Positions 22,101 through 33,337 of a DNA stretch of 64,000 bases are shown one piece after another. Origin of the DNA: Takakia lepidozioides (taxonomy: Eukaryota; Plantae; Bryophyta); the NCBI GenBank assembly GCA_030704615.1, contig CM060732.1:42098001-42162000 (forward strand). The letters run 5' to 3'. The first letter of the stretch is position 1. Every line of letters begins with the position of its first letter. The translations under genes were made by a program, and so were the position numbers. The notes beneath the pieces are model-generated. The model did not search any database, had not been told where the DNA came from, and saw nothing but the letters and a program-made list of their open reading frames with translations.

Positions 22101-25100
22101 ATGGCAAGAGGCAACTCACCCGAGGTTGTGGGTGGGGAGGAACCCCTCTCAAAACTCTCTGAATGTCTGTGGAAGGGAGGATGTTAAAGCAATCTATCAA
22201 TGTAGGTGCATGATGAACAACATTCAACAGGTGAACAGGGGACACATTGCAAGGGAATAAAAGGCGCTCCCCAACATCCAGTAGCAACTTATGATGAGTA
22301 CATCACGGCCTATCAGCTCGTGACAACTTCAAGAGACTAATATAACTGAATTGCCCCCAAGTCAAAGGAGTGCATAGTACACAATTTTGTACAAAGCTCA
22401 TGGGCCACAGTACTAGCCCCTGCCTGCCACCTGTCAACATCAAAATAACCACAAAAACACTCATACCGCTGTTGAGCTCTTTCATTTGCTTCGGAAATCC
22501 CTTCATCCCTTTTCAAAAGGATTAGAGATCCCCAAGCCCAAACTTCCATACTGCCCCACGTTTCCTGCCCTGTGTTTTTCCCCTCTCTTCTCCAATGGTC
22601 ATCCTTTACCCAGTCAAAATACCAAAGCGATTGGCCCATCGGATACAGCACAATGCCATTGAAAGTGATCCAGTTAGCTGCGAAAGGCAACTTTCTGCAG
22701 GTAGCATAGTTGCCTCAGCAGCTGCTTCCTCCTTTGCAACAAACTCCGCATGTGGGATTATCTGACTTGATCGCGACTCATGCTGGTTCCTGTCCCTCCC
22801 TTTGAATGCCTCGCTCCCATTTGAAGCACCTTCAGTAGCTGAGGAGTCATACACAAAAGAACTGAAAACACCATCATCAGTCAAAAAAAACGTAAGACAA
22901 TGCTCTTTTTAACTAGCGGTGAGCCAGCAGAGATAAGCATGAGCCTTATAAGAACCCTTCCACGAAGAACACTTCAAGCAGATAAGAGCCAAACTGATTT
23001 AGTGATTCCAAATGCAGCTACTTTTTCAAAACCCAGACCATGATGACTTTCTTTAATCTCCAAAACTCCAGTTCAGCATTCGAAAGGAAAATGCGCTCAT
23101 CTCTTTGATCCAGATACAATCTAACAGTGCACACAGAGCTAAACATATGGTAGGAATGCTTAACAATCCAACAGTACGATCACAAGAAAATTTCTACACA
23201 ATAAGGCCGAACCTTCTGCCAATGATCCTTTGAAGTAGGTCTCACAAACCTGCAGTAAATATGAGAAGGACCCTGCTGCTGCGATTCGTATGTACATCTA
23301 TCTCTGTTTTCCACAATGGTTTGGAGGTGAAGTTTTTGGGGGAAATGACAAACATTAGAGGGGGAAGGGCATAGACATACCATGCCCTTGCCCCAGTGGC
23401 AATGATGACAAGCCGGTTCAGGTGATTGAGGAGCAGGACACAGTTGATGAACATCAGCACATGACACATGAAAAAAAACACCAAGCTCTTTCAGACAGAG
23501 CCCGGCAGCCATGGCTGATGATGGACGGAGGAAGAACATTTTCTAGATCATACTAGTCAAATTGTAGTGTGTGCAGGAGCCAAGCAGCTGACGGTAGTAG
23601 TGGTGAATATTTAACATGGGCAGATAGAAATGTACTCATAAGATGTTGTAGCCTTGTAGCCATAGAACCCACGTCCAGTTTGTGTGGAACAAAAGGCAAC
23701 AGCTTACTACTATGTGAGGGGCTCACTCCAGTAGTGAGACTTACCTTGATAGAGACAACTAGTTTGGGGTTTCCAGATATCCTCTAGAAAGCCCTTCGAC
23801 ACAAGCATCAACTTGCTGTGTATGAGCTGAAATTAGACCCAACAGGGCCAGGCGCCTCAAGCCTCAAGGTTTTGAAAGTTGGTGACTAGAGGTGCAGGGA
23901 CAATGTTCTTGATGGTCCTGAAGAGGTCACTCTCTGGTGAAAATATCCTGGATCAGTATCAGAAGTGCATATTGTCTTCAGGCTGCGCTGCACATCGGGC
24001 AATTACAATCTCCTAATTCCTCTCTGCATCTGTTTTTTGTTCAAAGGTTCCCACCCTGAGTTTAAATGACAGTCTTGGGCCGAGGGTGGGTAGGCCATTG
24101 AGATCATCCTTAAGGTCCTCACCCATGTCACAGACTGGAAACAAGTTCAGGAAAGTTTTATGTCTAACTTCATCTGACAGTCTTTGGGCAGACATGGCTT
24201 TGGACACAATCACCTCCAAGTTGCTTCAGCCAGTAGGGTCAATTCTTCTGGACTAATATGCAGATATATGAAAATCTCTTCTACCCTTTCCTGCCAAGAC
24301 TTTAGCCTGGCCGGTCTTACTTCCAAGAAATAGCTTCGATTATCTTAGTGTATCTGGGATTAGGCATGAGATTCAACTGAATCCACCATCTGACCTTGAA
24401 TTCATGGCGTCGAGAGCTTAAGGGCGGTATGCCAAACTCACCCCGAGCAGCAACATTAGCTGTTCTAGAAGAAGCCGACATGCTTTCTGTGAGCACTGCG
24501 ACCTGATTGGATTCTAGAGAGTTCACATGGTTGGAATTGTCGACCCACACAGCAGATGCGTACTCCAATCGGCCTCTTAACGTTGCATGGGTAGATAGAA
24601 TCAAACAGATTAGGCAGGCATCCCAAAAGCTCATAATAGTTGCAATGATACAGGCAAACTATCGACGTAGCAATCATATCAAGGTGATCAGAGACTAAAG
24701 TCATCTCACATGCTGGAAAAATAGCTCGAACGTCAAGCCGGTGGTCCCGCTTGCTCGATCACCAGCGCTGGATTTCCCTCCCCAAAAGTACGGATTGGCT
24801 TCAAGCAGTACAACCACCAGACTAAACTCGTCTGTTCCCACAATACACCGAACGATTAGTGCGACCATGACGACACAGTAAACCTACTGAATAGGATGTG
24901 TGAGCGTTGATTTGGCGGAAGATACCACGACCACTATTCCAAGTCTATCGTACACAAATGTGAAACAGATGACTAAATGCACCCAGAGAGAGAGAATGCC
25001 CTCGTAAGACGACTGCCGTAGCCTTGTGGCCATGAGAGAATGTGTGTGTGTGTGTGTGTGGTTTCATTGGAGCTCTTGGCATTCATTCCCCGACTCCATG

Positions 25101-25281
25101 AGCCCTCCGAAAGGAAATCTTTATGTAAACCTACGAGAACTTGTTCAAGGATGCAACAGGAAACCAGGGGAATCCAAGTATCCGATCAGCAGAATGAGGG
25201 CCAGAACGTCAGAAAAGTATTCAAAATCAAGTGAGAAGGGATACACCTACCCGATGGGAGGGTGGACCAGTGTGATGACAT
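19188..25281 (-). CDS. TFB4: General transcription factor IIH subunit 3 (p34/Tfb4), 11 exons
   Basis: Spliced exons give [128 protein letters not shown]...CSTCG. Exon phases are consistent. Confidence 0.93.
23630..24620 (-). mobile_element. 5'-truncated LINE remnant in TFB4 intron 2
   Basis: LEYASAVW, ANVAARGEFGIPPLSSRR and LSFKLRVG. Clearly homologous to 26650-27960. Confidence 0.75.
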
Positions 25282-25608
25282 CGTGGCCCCTTCGTAAGAA
25301 TCCACAAAGCCCTGCTATGTCAGATCCGCCATAGCCCTCTCCAGGGGTTTTCCGACACCTCCGACGCAACCCCTGATGCGGCGTTGCACATGTGGCCCAA
25401 GTAGTAAAATCACACTATTACATCTGTCCACCGTTTAGGGTTTAAGGTTTAGGGTTGTGTCACATCCGACCTTCTCTCTCTTCTCTTCAGTTGAATTGCA
25501 TTTTCGAGCACCGCATGTATGTTATGAAGTTTCTCTCCTGGCTCTCGAGTCTGAAAAACTCTAAACCCTGAACTTAGAACTGCACCGAGGTGAAACACCT
25601 AATACAAG

Positions 25609-26080
25609 AGAGTTTTTCCTAAGCATGGATTCTAGGGAGTGCTGTACCACCAACTGGGAATTTAGGCTGTGAGGGAAAAAAAGGGAACGGAAGAGCATAC
25701 TAGGCTGTACACTGGATGTCTGTGGCCACGGTAAAGGGTAACTGCGGGGAAACGTCCCCGTGACCCTAGCAAACAAGCTACTGAAGCAACTAAGAGAGTG
25801 ATGGGCAAGCCCACTGCTAAGGATTTCATAGGTTTTCAATTGCATGGAGTTTTTCCTTAAGCATGGATTCTAGTGGAGTGCTGCTACCAACTGGGAATTT
25901 AGGGCTTGTGAGCAGGGAACGGAAGATGCATAGGCTGTACACTGGATGTCTGTGGCCACGGTAAAGGGTAACTGCGGGGAAACGTCCCCGTGACCCTAGT
26001 CAAAACATCTACTGAGGCAACTAAGAGAGTGATGGGCAAGCCCACTGCTAATGATTTCATAGGTTTTTCAAATTGCATGG
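25609..26080 (+). repeat. Tandem duplication of ~238 bp
   Basis: Units start gagtttttcc(t)taagcatggattctag at 25609 and 25847 and share long identical blocks such as ggctgtacactggatgtctgtggccacggtaaaggg. Confidence 0.9.
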
Positions 26081-26094
26081 AAACATCGCAGGAA

Positions 26095-26270
26095 AAATGT
26101 AAGGGGCTTACAGGTGATGAGCTGCAGGATTGGGGTGTCAAGATAGTTCTGGTAAACACGTATCATTTGGCACTGTGCCCTCGCGCTGACATGTTGATTG
26201 TATGGGGGGCTTGATGATTTCATGAAGTGGTCTCACTAACTCTGCTGGTGGCTTTCAAATGATCTCTTCT
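26095..26270 (+). pseudogene. Queuine tRNA-ribosyltransferase (TGT/QTRT1) gene fragment
   Basis: KGLTGDELQDWGVKIVLVNTYHLAL.P, then frameshifted FMKW and GGFQMIS. This matches the TGT NTYHL and DSGGFQ motifs. Confidence 0.75.
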
Positions 26271-26649
26271 TACTCGCCTTCGGATTCTCTCCTAGAGATT
26301 TTCTTTCCTTTGTGCTTTTTCCATCTTTATGCGATGTTCTTTCTTCTGACATGTCCACTTTTCTCTTATGACATGTCCCTGGTCAATGAAGGGTCCCTGG
26401 ATGCTTATGCTTTGCCATGTAGTTCTTTAAGTGATTGTGTTTTAATCAGGAGTTGATCACCTTTGGATGTTGGGATGGTGGAATTGCCTAATGAGATGCA
26501 TTTGCTTTTGACAATTACGTCACAAGTTTGCATGATCAAAGGCCTAGGGGAGTGACATTGGCTGCTATTTCTCCTGTGTTTGCTCTGTGTAGATTTGGTC
26601 TCACTTTGGTGTAACCCATGGACAGACCTTGTCTTGACACACACAGCAC

Positions 26650-27960
26650 AAAAAGAATGTACTCATAAGATATTGTTTGCCGTAGCCTTGTGGCCATTGA
26701 TCCCACCCCGACTCTGAGCGGAACACCAAGGGACAGAACGTACCTCCGACAGGGGCTGACATCGGTAGTAAGACTTACCTTGAAATAAACAATTGATCCA
26801 GGTTTTCCAGACATCCTCTAGAAATCCCTTCACACAAGCATCAATCTGCTGTGTGTGGTTTGCCCAATAACCAGGCCCCAAAAGGGCCTGGGCTTTTGGC
26901 TCAGGCTTGAGACTTTCCAAGTCGGTAAACAGAGGTACAGGCACAATTCCCTTGATAGATTTGAGGAGAGCGTCTCTCTGGTGAGAGAACCCCGGACAGT
27001 GAATCAGAAAATGAATATCGTCTTCAGGTTGCCCACTCAACGGGCAATTGCACTCTCCCTTTCCTCTCTGCTTCTGTTTGCTGTTCAAAGGTAGGCTTCC
27101 CGCCCTGACTTTAAATTTCAGTCTAGTGCCGAGAGTGGGTAGACCTTTGAGGTCATCCATGATGTCCTCCCCCATGTACAGACTGGAAACAAGTTCAGGG
27201 AGGTTTTCTGCCTAACTTCATTTTCATCAGACAATTTCCTGGCAACAGACATGGCTTTGTTTACTACAGCCTCTAAGTCAGATTATCCAGCAGGGTCAAG
27301 ACTTGCGGATTAAGATTCAGATCCTTGAGAATCTCTTCTACTCTCTTCTGCCAGGACTTCGCCTGTTTGACAGGGCGGTCCTGTTTCCAAGATATAGAGT
27401 CAATTAACTTAGGATTACTGTTGTTGGACATATGTTGCAGCTGACCCCACCATCTGACCTTGAATTCATCTCGTCGGGAGCTTAAGGAAGGGATGCCAAA
27501 TTCACCCCGAACAGCCACATTGGCTGTTTTGGAGCATGCTGACATGCACTCCTTAAGCACCCCACTTGAATGGATCCTAGAGACTTAGCCTGGTTGGAGT
27601 TATCAACCCATATTGCAGATGCGTACTCCAAGGCAGGTCTAATAACGTGACAAAGCATGGTTTTCTTGACCTCAGAGTTGATCCCTCTGCAGTGGAAAAA
27701 ATTAGTGAGACCCAGTGCTTTACGTTGCTAGTTTGAACAACTTTCTGAATATGTGCATCCCAGTCACAGATGGAGGAAAACTCATCGCCCAGGTATGTGT
27801 AGGAAGGGAGGACCGGAATCTCCTGGCTACCCCACTGCCACTTGGGATCACTTCCTCCCTCTCCTCTGTCGTTCAATGCCACCACTGCACATTTACTGAC
27901 GTAAGCCTCTAGCCTTCGAAGTCATCGGCAAACAAAAGGGCTGGTATGGTGGCATCACCC
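26650..27960 (-). mobile_element. 5'-truncated LINE (RT C-terminal half plus Cys/His finger)
   Basis: LLFADD, SKCAVV, YTYLG, VAVRGEFGIPSL, LKFKVRAG and CNCP..EDDIHFLIHC, ending in a TG-rich 3' tail. Confidence 0.85.
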
Positions 27961-29864
27961 ACCCTAAACCAAATTCCTCACAGCACAAAAAGAGTGAGAG
28001 GGAGAGGGTAGGAGCAATGATGGGGAGATCCAGCAGGGAGGAAAGAAACAAAGAAAGAAGAAAGAAACTGTTCTGTCTCGCGGGAGCCCCACAAAAAAGA
28101 ATGGAAGCATAGAGTAAGTTTGGCTTGATGAAATGGATTCACAGAACCAAAGAACGACGCAAATGAGCTGTGAAGGCTGAGTGCATCTTGCAGGTAGATT
28201 GCAAGGCACGTTGGATGTTCATAGATAAAGGCCAATGTGGAGGCCAATGTGGAGCGAAGGAGGGACTCGCTGATAGATAGACGCCCTTGTTATGTGCTGT
28301 GTTGACAAATTCACTTACCTCCCCACTAGTGATAAATGCCCTACTCACTGTTACTCCAGAGGTAGTCTAGAACAGGGATAGTGCATTCTATGTGGGGGTC
28401 ATACTGATACTGGCTGCCTGAAATGAAATGAAATGGTACTTTATTACGTCCGCGGAAAGCTCAAAGAGCTTATGCGACAAAATGGAAAAATCCAAGAGAG
28501 AGGAAACAAAAAGCAAAGGAAAGAAAGCATCCCGCACTGTGGTACATTATGAGATTTATACCTGTTCCAGTTTGGTAGGGGGGATAGATATTACATCCAA
28601 AGTGAGCTTCTATGTAAGATTGCATTGGTTGAGTGTGGTCAGGTATGCTATAGGATGCTGGGTTGGAGTGAAGAGAAAGGATGCATTTTGGAGGTTTGTT
28701 GCACAGCCTACCAAAGGGCTTCCTGAGGACAAACCTTAGTATATCATAAGTCTGTGATGCAAATTCTGAAAGGTAAAGAAGATTGTTGGGCCTGACATTG
28801 TTGACGGCCTGGTTGATGGCTGTTGGGTATGCAGGGTATACAGTTTCCACTTGACATCATAGTTTGTGGAGCTTCTGGGGGCAGATATGTATAACTCCGT
28901 GAATCCGACCCAGATTTCTGGCATTCCAGGGTTATTTTCTTTCCTATACATGGTAGACAGCAGTGATTGATAGTGAGCAGTATTACAGGGCTGTGGGCCT
29001 AATGTGAGCTGAAAAGCAATTATCCATCACTCAGTGGTGCGAAAGATGATACAGCAAACTTAGGTCTCCAGAAGCTTTTGCAAAGCGAGTGTGCTGCCCA
29101 TTGGGACAACCGCTCATGACTTAGATAAACCCCAAACTCATGAATTGGACAACGACTAACCCTATTATCAGGTGAGCTTACGCCATAGCATGACATCGAT
29201 TAAAAATCAGACACCAGCTACGGAGAAGCCCTCCTCAGGACTGTCTGCTCTCCCTAGGTGAGAACATATGCCGACAAAATTTAGGTTTGTGCATGGCAGT
29301 AGTCAGCAGGGGGTTTTACGCTGGCGGGCTGCTTCATTCCACTCGAAACAAGTGAAGCATAAGCCGGATCATCAGGGGGCTTGCAACCCAAATTTGGGTC
29401 GCACCTCTTCTTTCGGATGGAAATATCCTCCTGGATTTTGACTTTATTGACATGCTGCAAAAGCCAAACTTGTTGCTCGGACCGAGCTTTCTCGTGACAC
29501 TTGCTTGAGTGCGAGTGGAAGACTCTCCGGGAAATTATGGGCCATTGCTCGGAGCCCAATTTCTCGACATGCGGGCATATCACGTGTGGATATGCCTTGC
29601 CCCACTGCGGTCGCAGATGGCACGCTCCGACGACGAAACCGAGGGTGTGGGGATCCCGCCCTCTGCACGGCGTTGCAGTGGCAGGGGGTACCCGGGTTGG
29701 TAGGGCCGACCCGAGCTTCAGAGGGTTGGCCAATTGTATAAGCCCTGAGGAACAAGAAGGCATGGATTCAATCACAATAATGTTCCCAGGTTGATTGAAC
29801 ACATTGGGATCTGGTCCACGAAACGCCCCGTTGTTTCCCAAAACAAAAAAGGTGCCAGAAAATG

Positions 29865-30597
29865 TAGTGTTTGAACCAGCGTTTTTATTTGCGCGAAATT
29901 TCGCCACTTTTCGATCCAGAAATTGGCCTCACGAAATTTACAAAGGAATTATGGGTTAAAATATGGCATTGTTTCGCATTACTGCCCTCCCTAATGCCAT
30001 CATGTCGTTGCAATGAGGACGTCGTCTAGACAACTGTCGCACATGGAAAGAGCCACATGCCATTTGGGTTCATTAGATCCAAATGATCTTGCCTATCGAT
30101 TTCTAGAAACCTACCACCCTGCCAGCGCAAGGAGCAAAGCCTTGGGTTCAAGGTCTTGCCGCTTTCGCCAAAGGGTCAAGCTATGGAGGGAACTCTCATT
30201 TAGGTTTCGCTTACCCGCCTAGTATCCGTGTCATGCACCTCCATTTAAGTAGACTTGCACAGCCTCTTGTAGTGGCACATGAGTCTTTGAGCAGACTTGC
30301 TGATCTTGGACAAGATTAGTGATATTTGTCAATGGATTGTATCCATGTGACAGAGTTGTGCTAGGCTTTGCAATATGCAGTGTCGTTGTTACTTAGAAAA
30401 AATTACCTCCCTTGTCGCTCCCACAAACCGAACACTACATGAGTTGAGTTCGCATAAAACTCATCAAACATTCTTGACAGTAGCCACCGGTTCGAGATCG
30501 CATGCCAGAGAGTCCAATTGATCTTCCTAATAGGCTAGCCAGGAGCCAACGTGGCTCAAGTTCTTAAATGAAAAAAAAAACGCTGGTTTGAACCCCC
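29865..30597. mobile_element. Possible decayed non-autonomous TIR element (hAT-like end)
   Basis: Imperfect inverted repeats tagtgtttgaaccagcgtttttattt and aaaaaaaaaacgctggtttgaac. No TSD is seen. Confidence 0.35.
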
Positions 30598-33337
30598 TTC
30601 AGATCACTACAAAGGAGGTATATGAAACTTTGGTCCCAAAAACTCTAGAAAATCAGGAGAAGGTGATGACCATGATGAGTAAGTTCTTCTGAAAGCTGGA
30701 CCCAATTGGCTAAGCCATTCAGGAACTCCGACAAGAATTGTAAATCTTTCTGCTTTGTATTATTTATAAGATTCTTCTCAACAGCACAATTTCATCAAAT
30801 TTTTAGGTGGAGTTGGGGGATATAGTCGGGAGCATAATTCAACAAGAGTGAAGTTTTGTACATCTTAGCATGTTTTTTCAGTTATGAATGAAAGGTGGCC
30901 AAAGGTGCAGATTTTGCAATGAAGGTTGAAAGTTGAAAGAAGCTGTAGGAGAACAGATTCAAAATCATTTAAACTCTTTTCTCCACAGCCAGAATTGTCT
31001 GCGTTCCATATGGCAATTAAAGCAAGCTCATTGACAGTACCTTGCAGAGTTTAGAATTACCTCATAGACAGTCAGGGTCGATGTAGTTGGGAGGACATGT
31101 GTGTAGGAACAAGTGCTCGTGTTCAAGGCACATACTTACATAATAATCTTCGAAATGAGTTCATTATAGTTGCTGGCTATGCCTTGTTTTTTGCAGGGTC
31201 CCACGAAATTCATCGTCGATTACTGCAAGGTAAGAGGCATATTCTTACTCAAATTAGACTTGTGCGACGAAATTTGACCGCTGACACAGCGATGATTGAG
31301 AGACTGGTGGGGTGTCTCTAGCTCAGGAAGTAAACCCTTGATCATTGCACCAAGTCATGCACGCGATCCACTGCTGCTATGAGTGTTGAGAGTCCTTTGC
31401 ACCCAATGGGATGCCACTGCTAGCCGTTGAATGTGAGGTGAATTATACAAGAAATCGTGCAGCATTTGGTCAGGCCCTCTCGAGTCTCCACGATCTTCCT
31501 CCCACTTTTGAGTCAAACACATATTTTCGGGTAACTTAAATTCAAACTCGTGCTTCCAGAATCCAGATTCATTCGCAGGAGCCACAGATTGCGTCGTACA
31601 CTTGCGTCATGCAAAGTCCAGGCGCATCTGTCTACTACCAAATTATATGTCCAAGGGCTTGGGTAAAGGGTTGAACACAGTGCATAAGGGGCAGCCGACA
31701 GTTCTTTACAGCAGTTCAAGAGAGGGATGCAGACCTGGTGTAGATGTTCCCCTAACTAGGGTCGATCGTTATTTATGCAAAGCAGGCCTCCATCTGCAGC
31801 TTAATGCTCTGGGAGAATTGGCACTCCTCAAGGAATGGGAGTATATGCTGCTTGGGGGACCATAAAGCATCATTCAGCGCCCTCACCCCTTCCATCGTGG
31901 CCACTGGTACTGAAACAAGGGACAAAGCAAAAGCTGGCTCCGTAAACATGCTTCATGCTCTCGAGAGACCTGGGCAAGGTTAGAGAGCAAGCAAGTGGCG
32001 AGCAGCCGAAGAGCCCATAGTTTTATGGTGTATCCTTTACTGCCTCTGTGGTAGCCTGCTGCTGGACTGAAATCAGATGAGAATCAGTACCGAAAATTTC
32101 CTATCTATGCAGACATAAGAGGCAGTACATAGATTGTGTGTTACACAGGCTGTCGATACTGTCCTGGAGGCCAAGGATGATGGAAAATCCAGTCCCAAGC
32201 AGATCAAACAAAAGATATGGCTAGCATTGTGTTGACTACAGGATCGAAGTTTTACAATCCTCTCTGTCAGTCTGGCTACCAAACAGCACCAAGTGCTCTT
32301 TTCAACACTGGCACTGTCACAAGGTACAGAGTTCTGATGAATTGTCTTATGACAATAGAGGGTAGTGTACATGCCCATCGAAGTGTTGGCATCATCGATG
32401 TGGCTCGTGTGTTGGAAAACTTCTACCAGCAACCCCGCTGCTGCTATGGGGAGGCACTCTGCTGATTGGGTTCCTTCAGATTTTCTTTGAAGTTGGTGTT
32501 TGCAAATGTTGCATGCCCAGATATTCTCAACACCCTCGATTGAGTCGGTTCAGAATGCCAGAACTTGGCACTACAAAGATCTGTTACACATGTACTTGTC
32601 ATTTCAGTTGTAGAAGACTGACCAGCCATGGAGCAGTCAACTGAGGTATTCAGTTACCCTGTGACCTCCATTGGTCCAGAAAGATCGCACCTGCCATGGT
32701 GTGTGAGATCATTGATTCAATAGTGAGCAATTAGAACTTTCCAAAGAAAGGCCCAGGGTGTAAGAAAGGGTGCGAGATGCAAAGAGTGTGATTGTAGGCA
32801 GCACAATGAGGCGCGCATGCATCCATTCACCTAATGTGACGTGTACAGATGCCACCCACAGATAAGGCTGCCAGCAACATGTGAGAGTTCATTTCCTACA
32901 ATCCTAAGAACATACAATTACAGAGGATAGAAACTAAAGCACAAGGCTGTGACTGCCAGCTATGAACAAATTGTTCCATGGAGGGAGGGGGAACTCCAGC
33001 AACATTCCACTTAGACATGGAACCACCACAAGAATTTTTACCAACCATTCCCAGAACTTTGCCTTCCTCCTGTTGCAGCTCCCCACTCAGAATCACTCTC
33101 CACGATTTGAGTGCTGGATCTCACGAGTTGTTCTGGGAGAAGAGACAAGGCCTCCACGGCCAAAAGGACGGATGCATGTCCACCCTGAAGGCAATTAACT
33201 CGTCGTTCCTTGGTAGGCGGCACGCCATGCGGAGGCTTCCTTGCAGCAATCCTTTTGAGAGTACCGCTGCAGGGCACCCAGCACTTGGTTTAGAATGCTT
33301 CCAAAAAAGACTATACACAGTCAAGGTGGCAGAAATG

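Noticed and set aside
29281-29907. 208-aa ORF and overlapping frames
   Set aside because: No recognisable domain, non-ATG start, and it overlaps a putative TIR.
31000-32650. Short ORFs downstream of the SUO-like gene
   Set aside because: No motif is recognised. It could be decayed coding sequence or 3' UTR, and no call is supportable.
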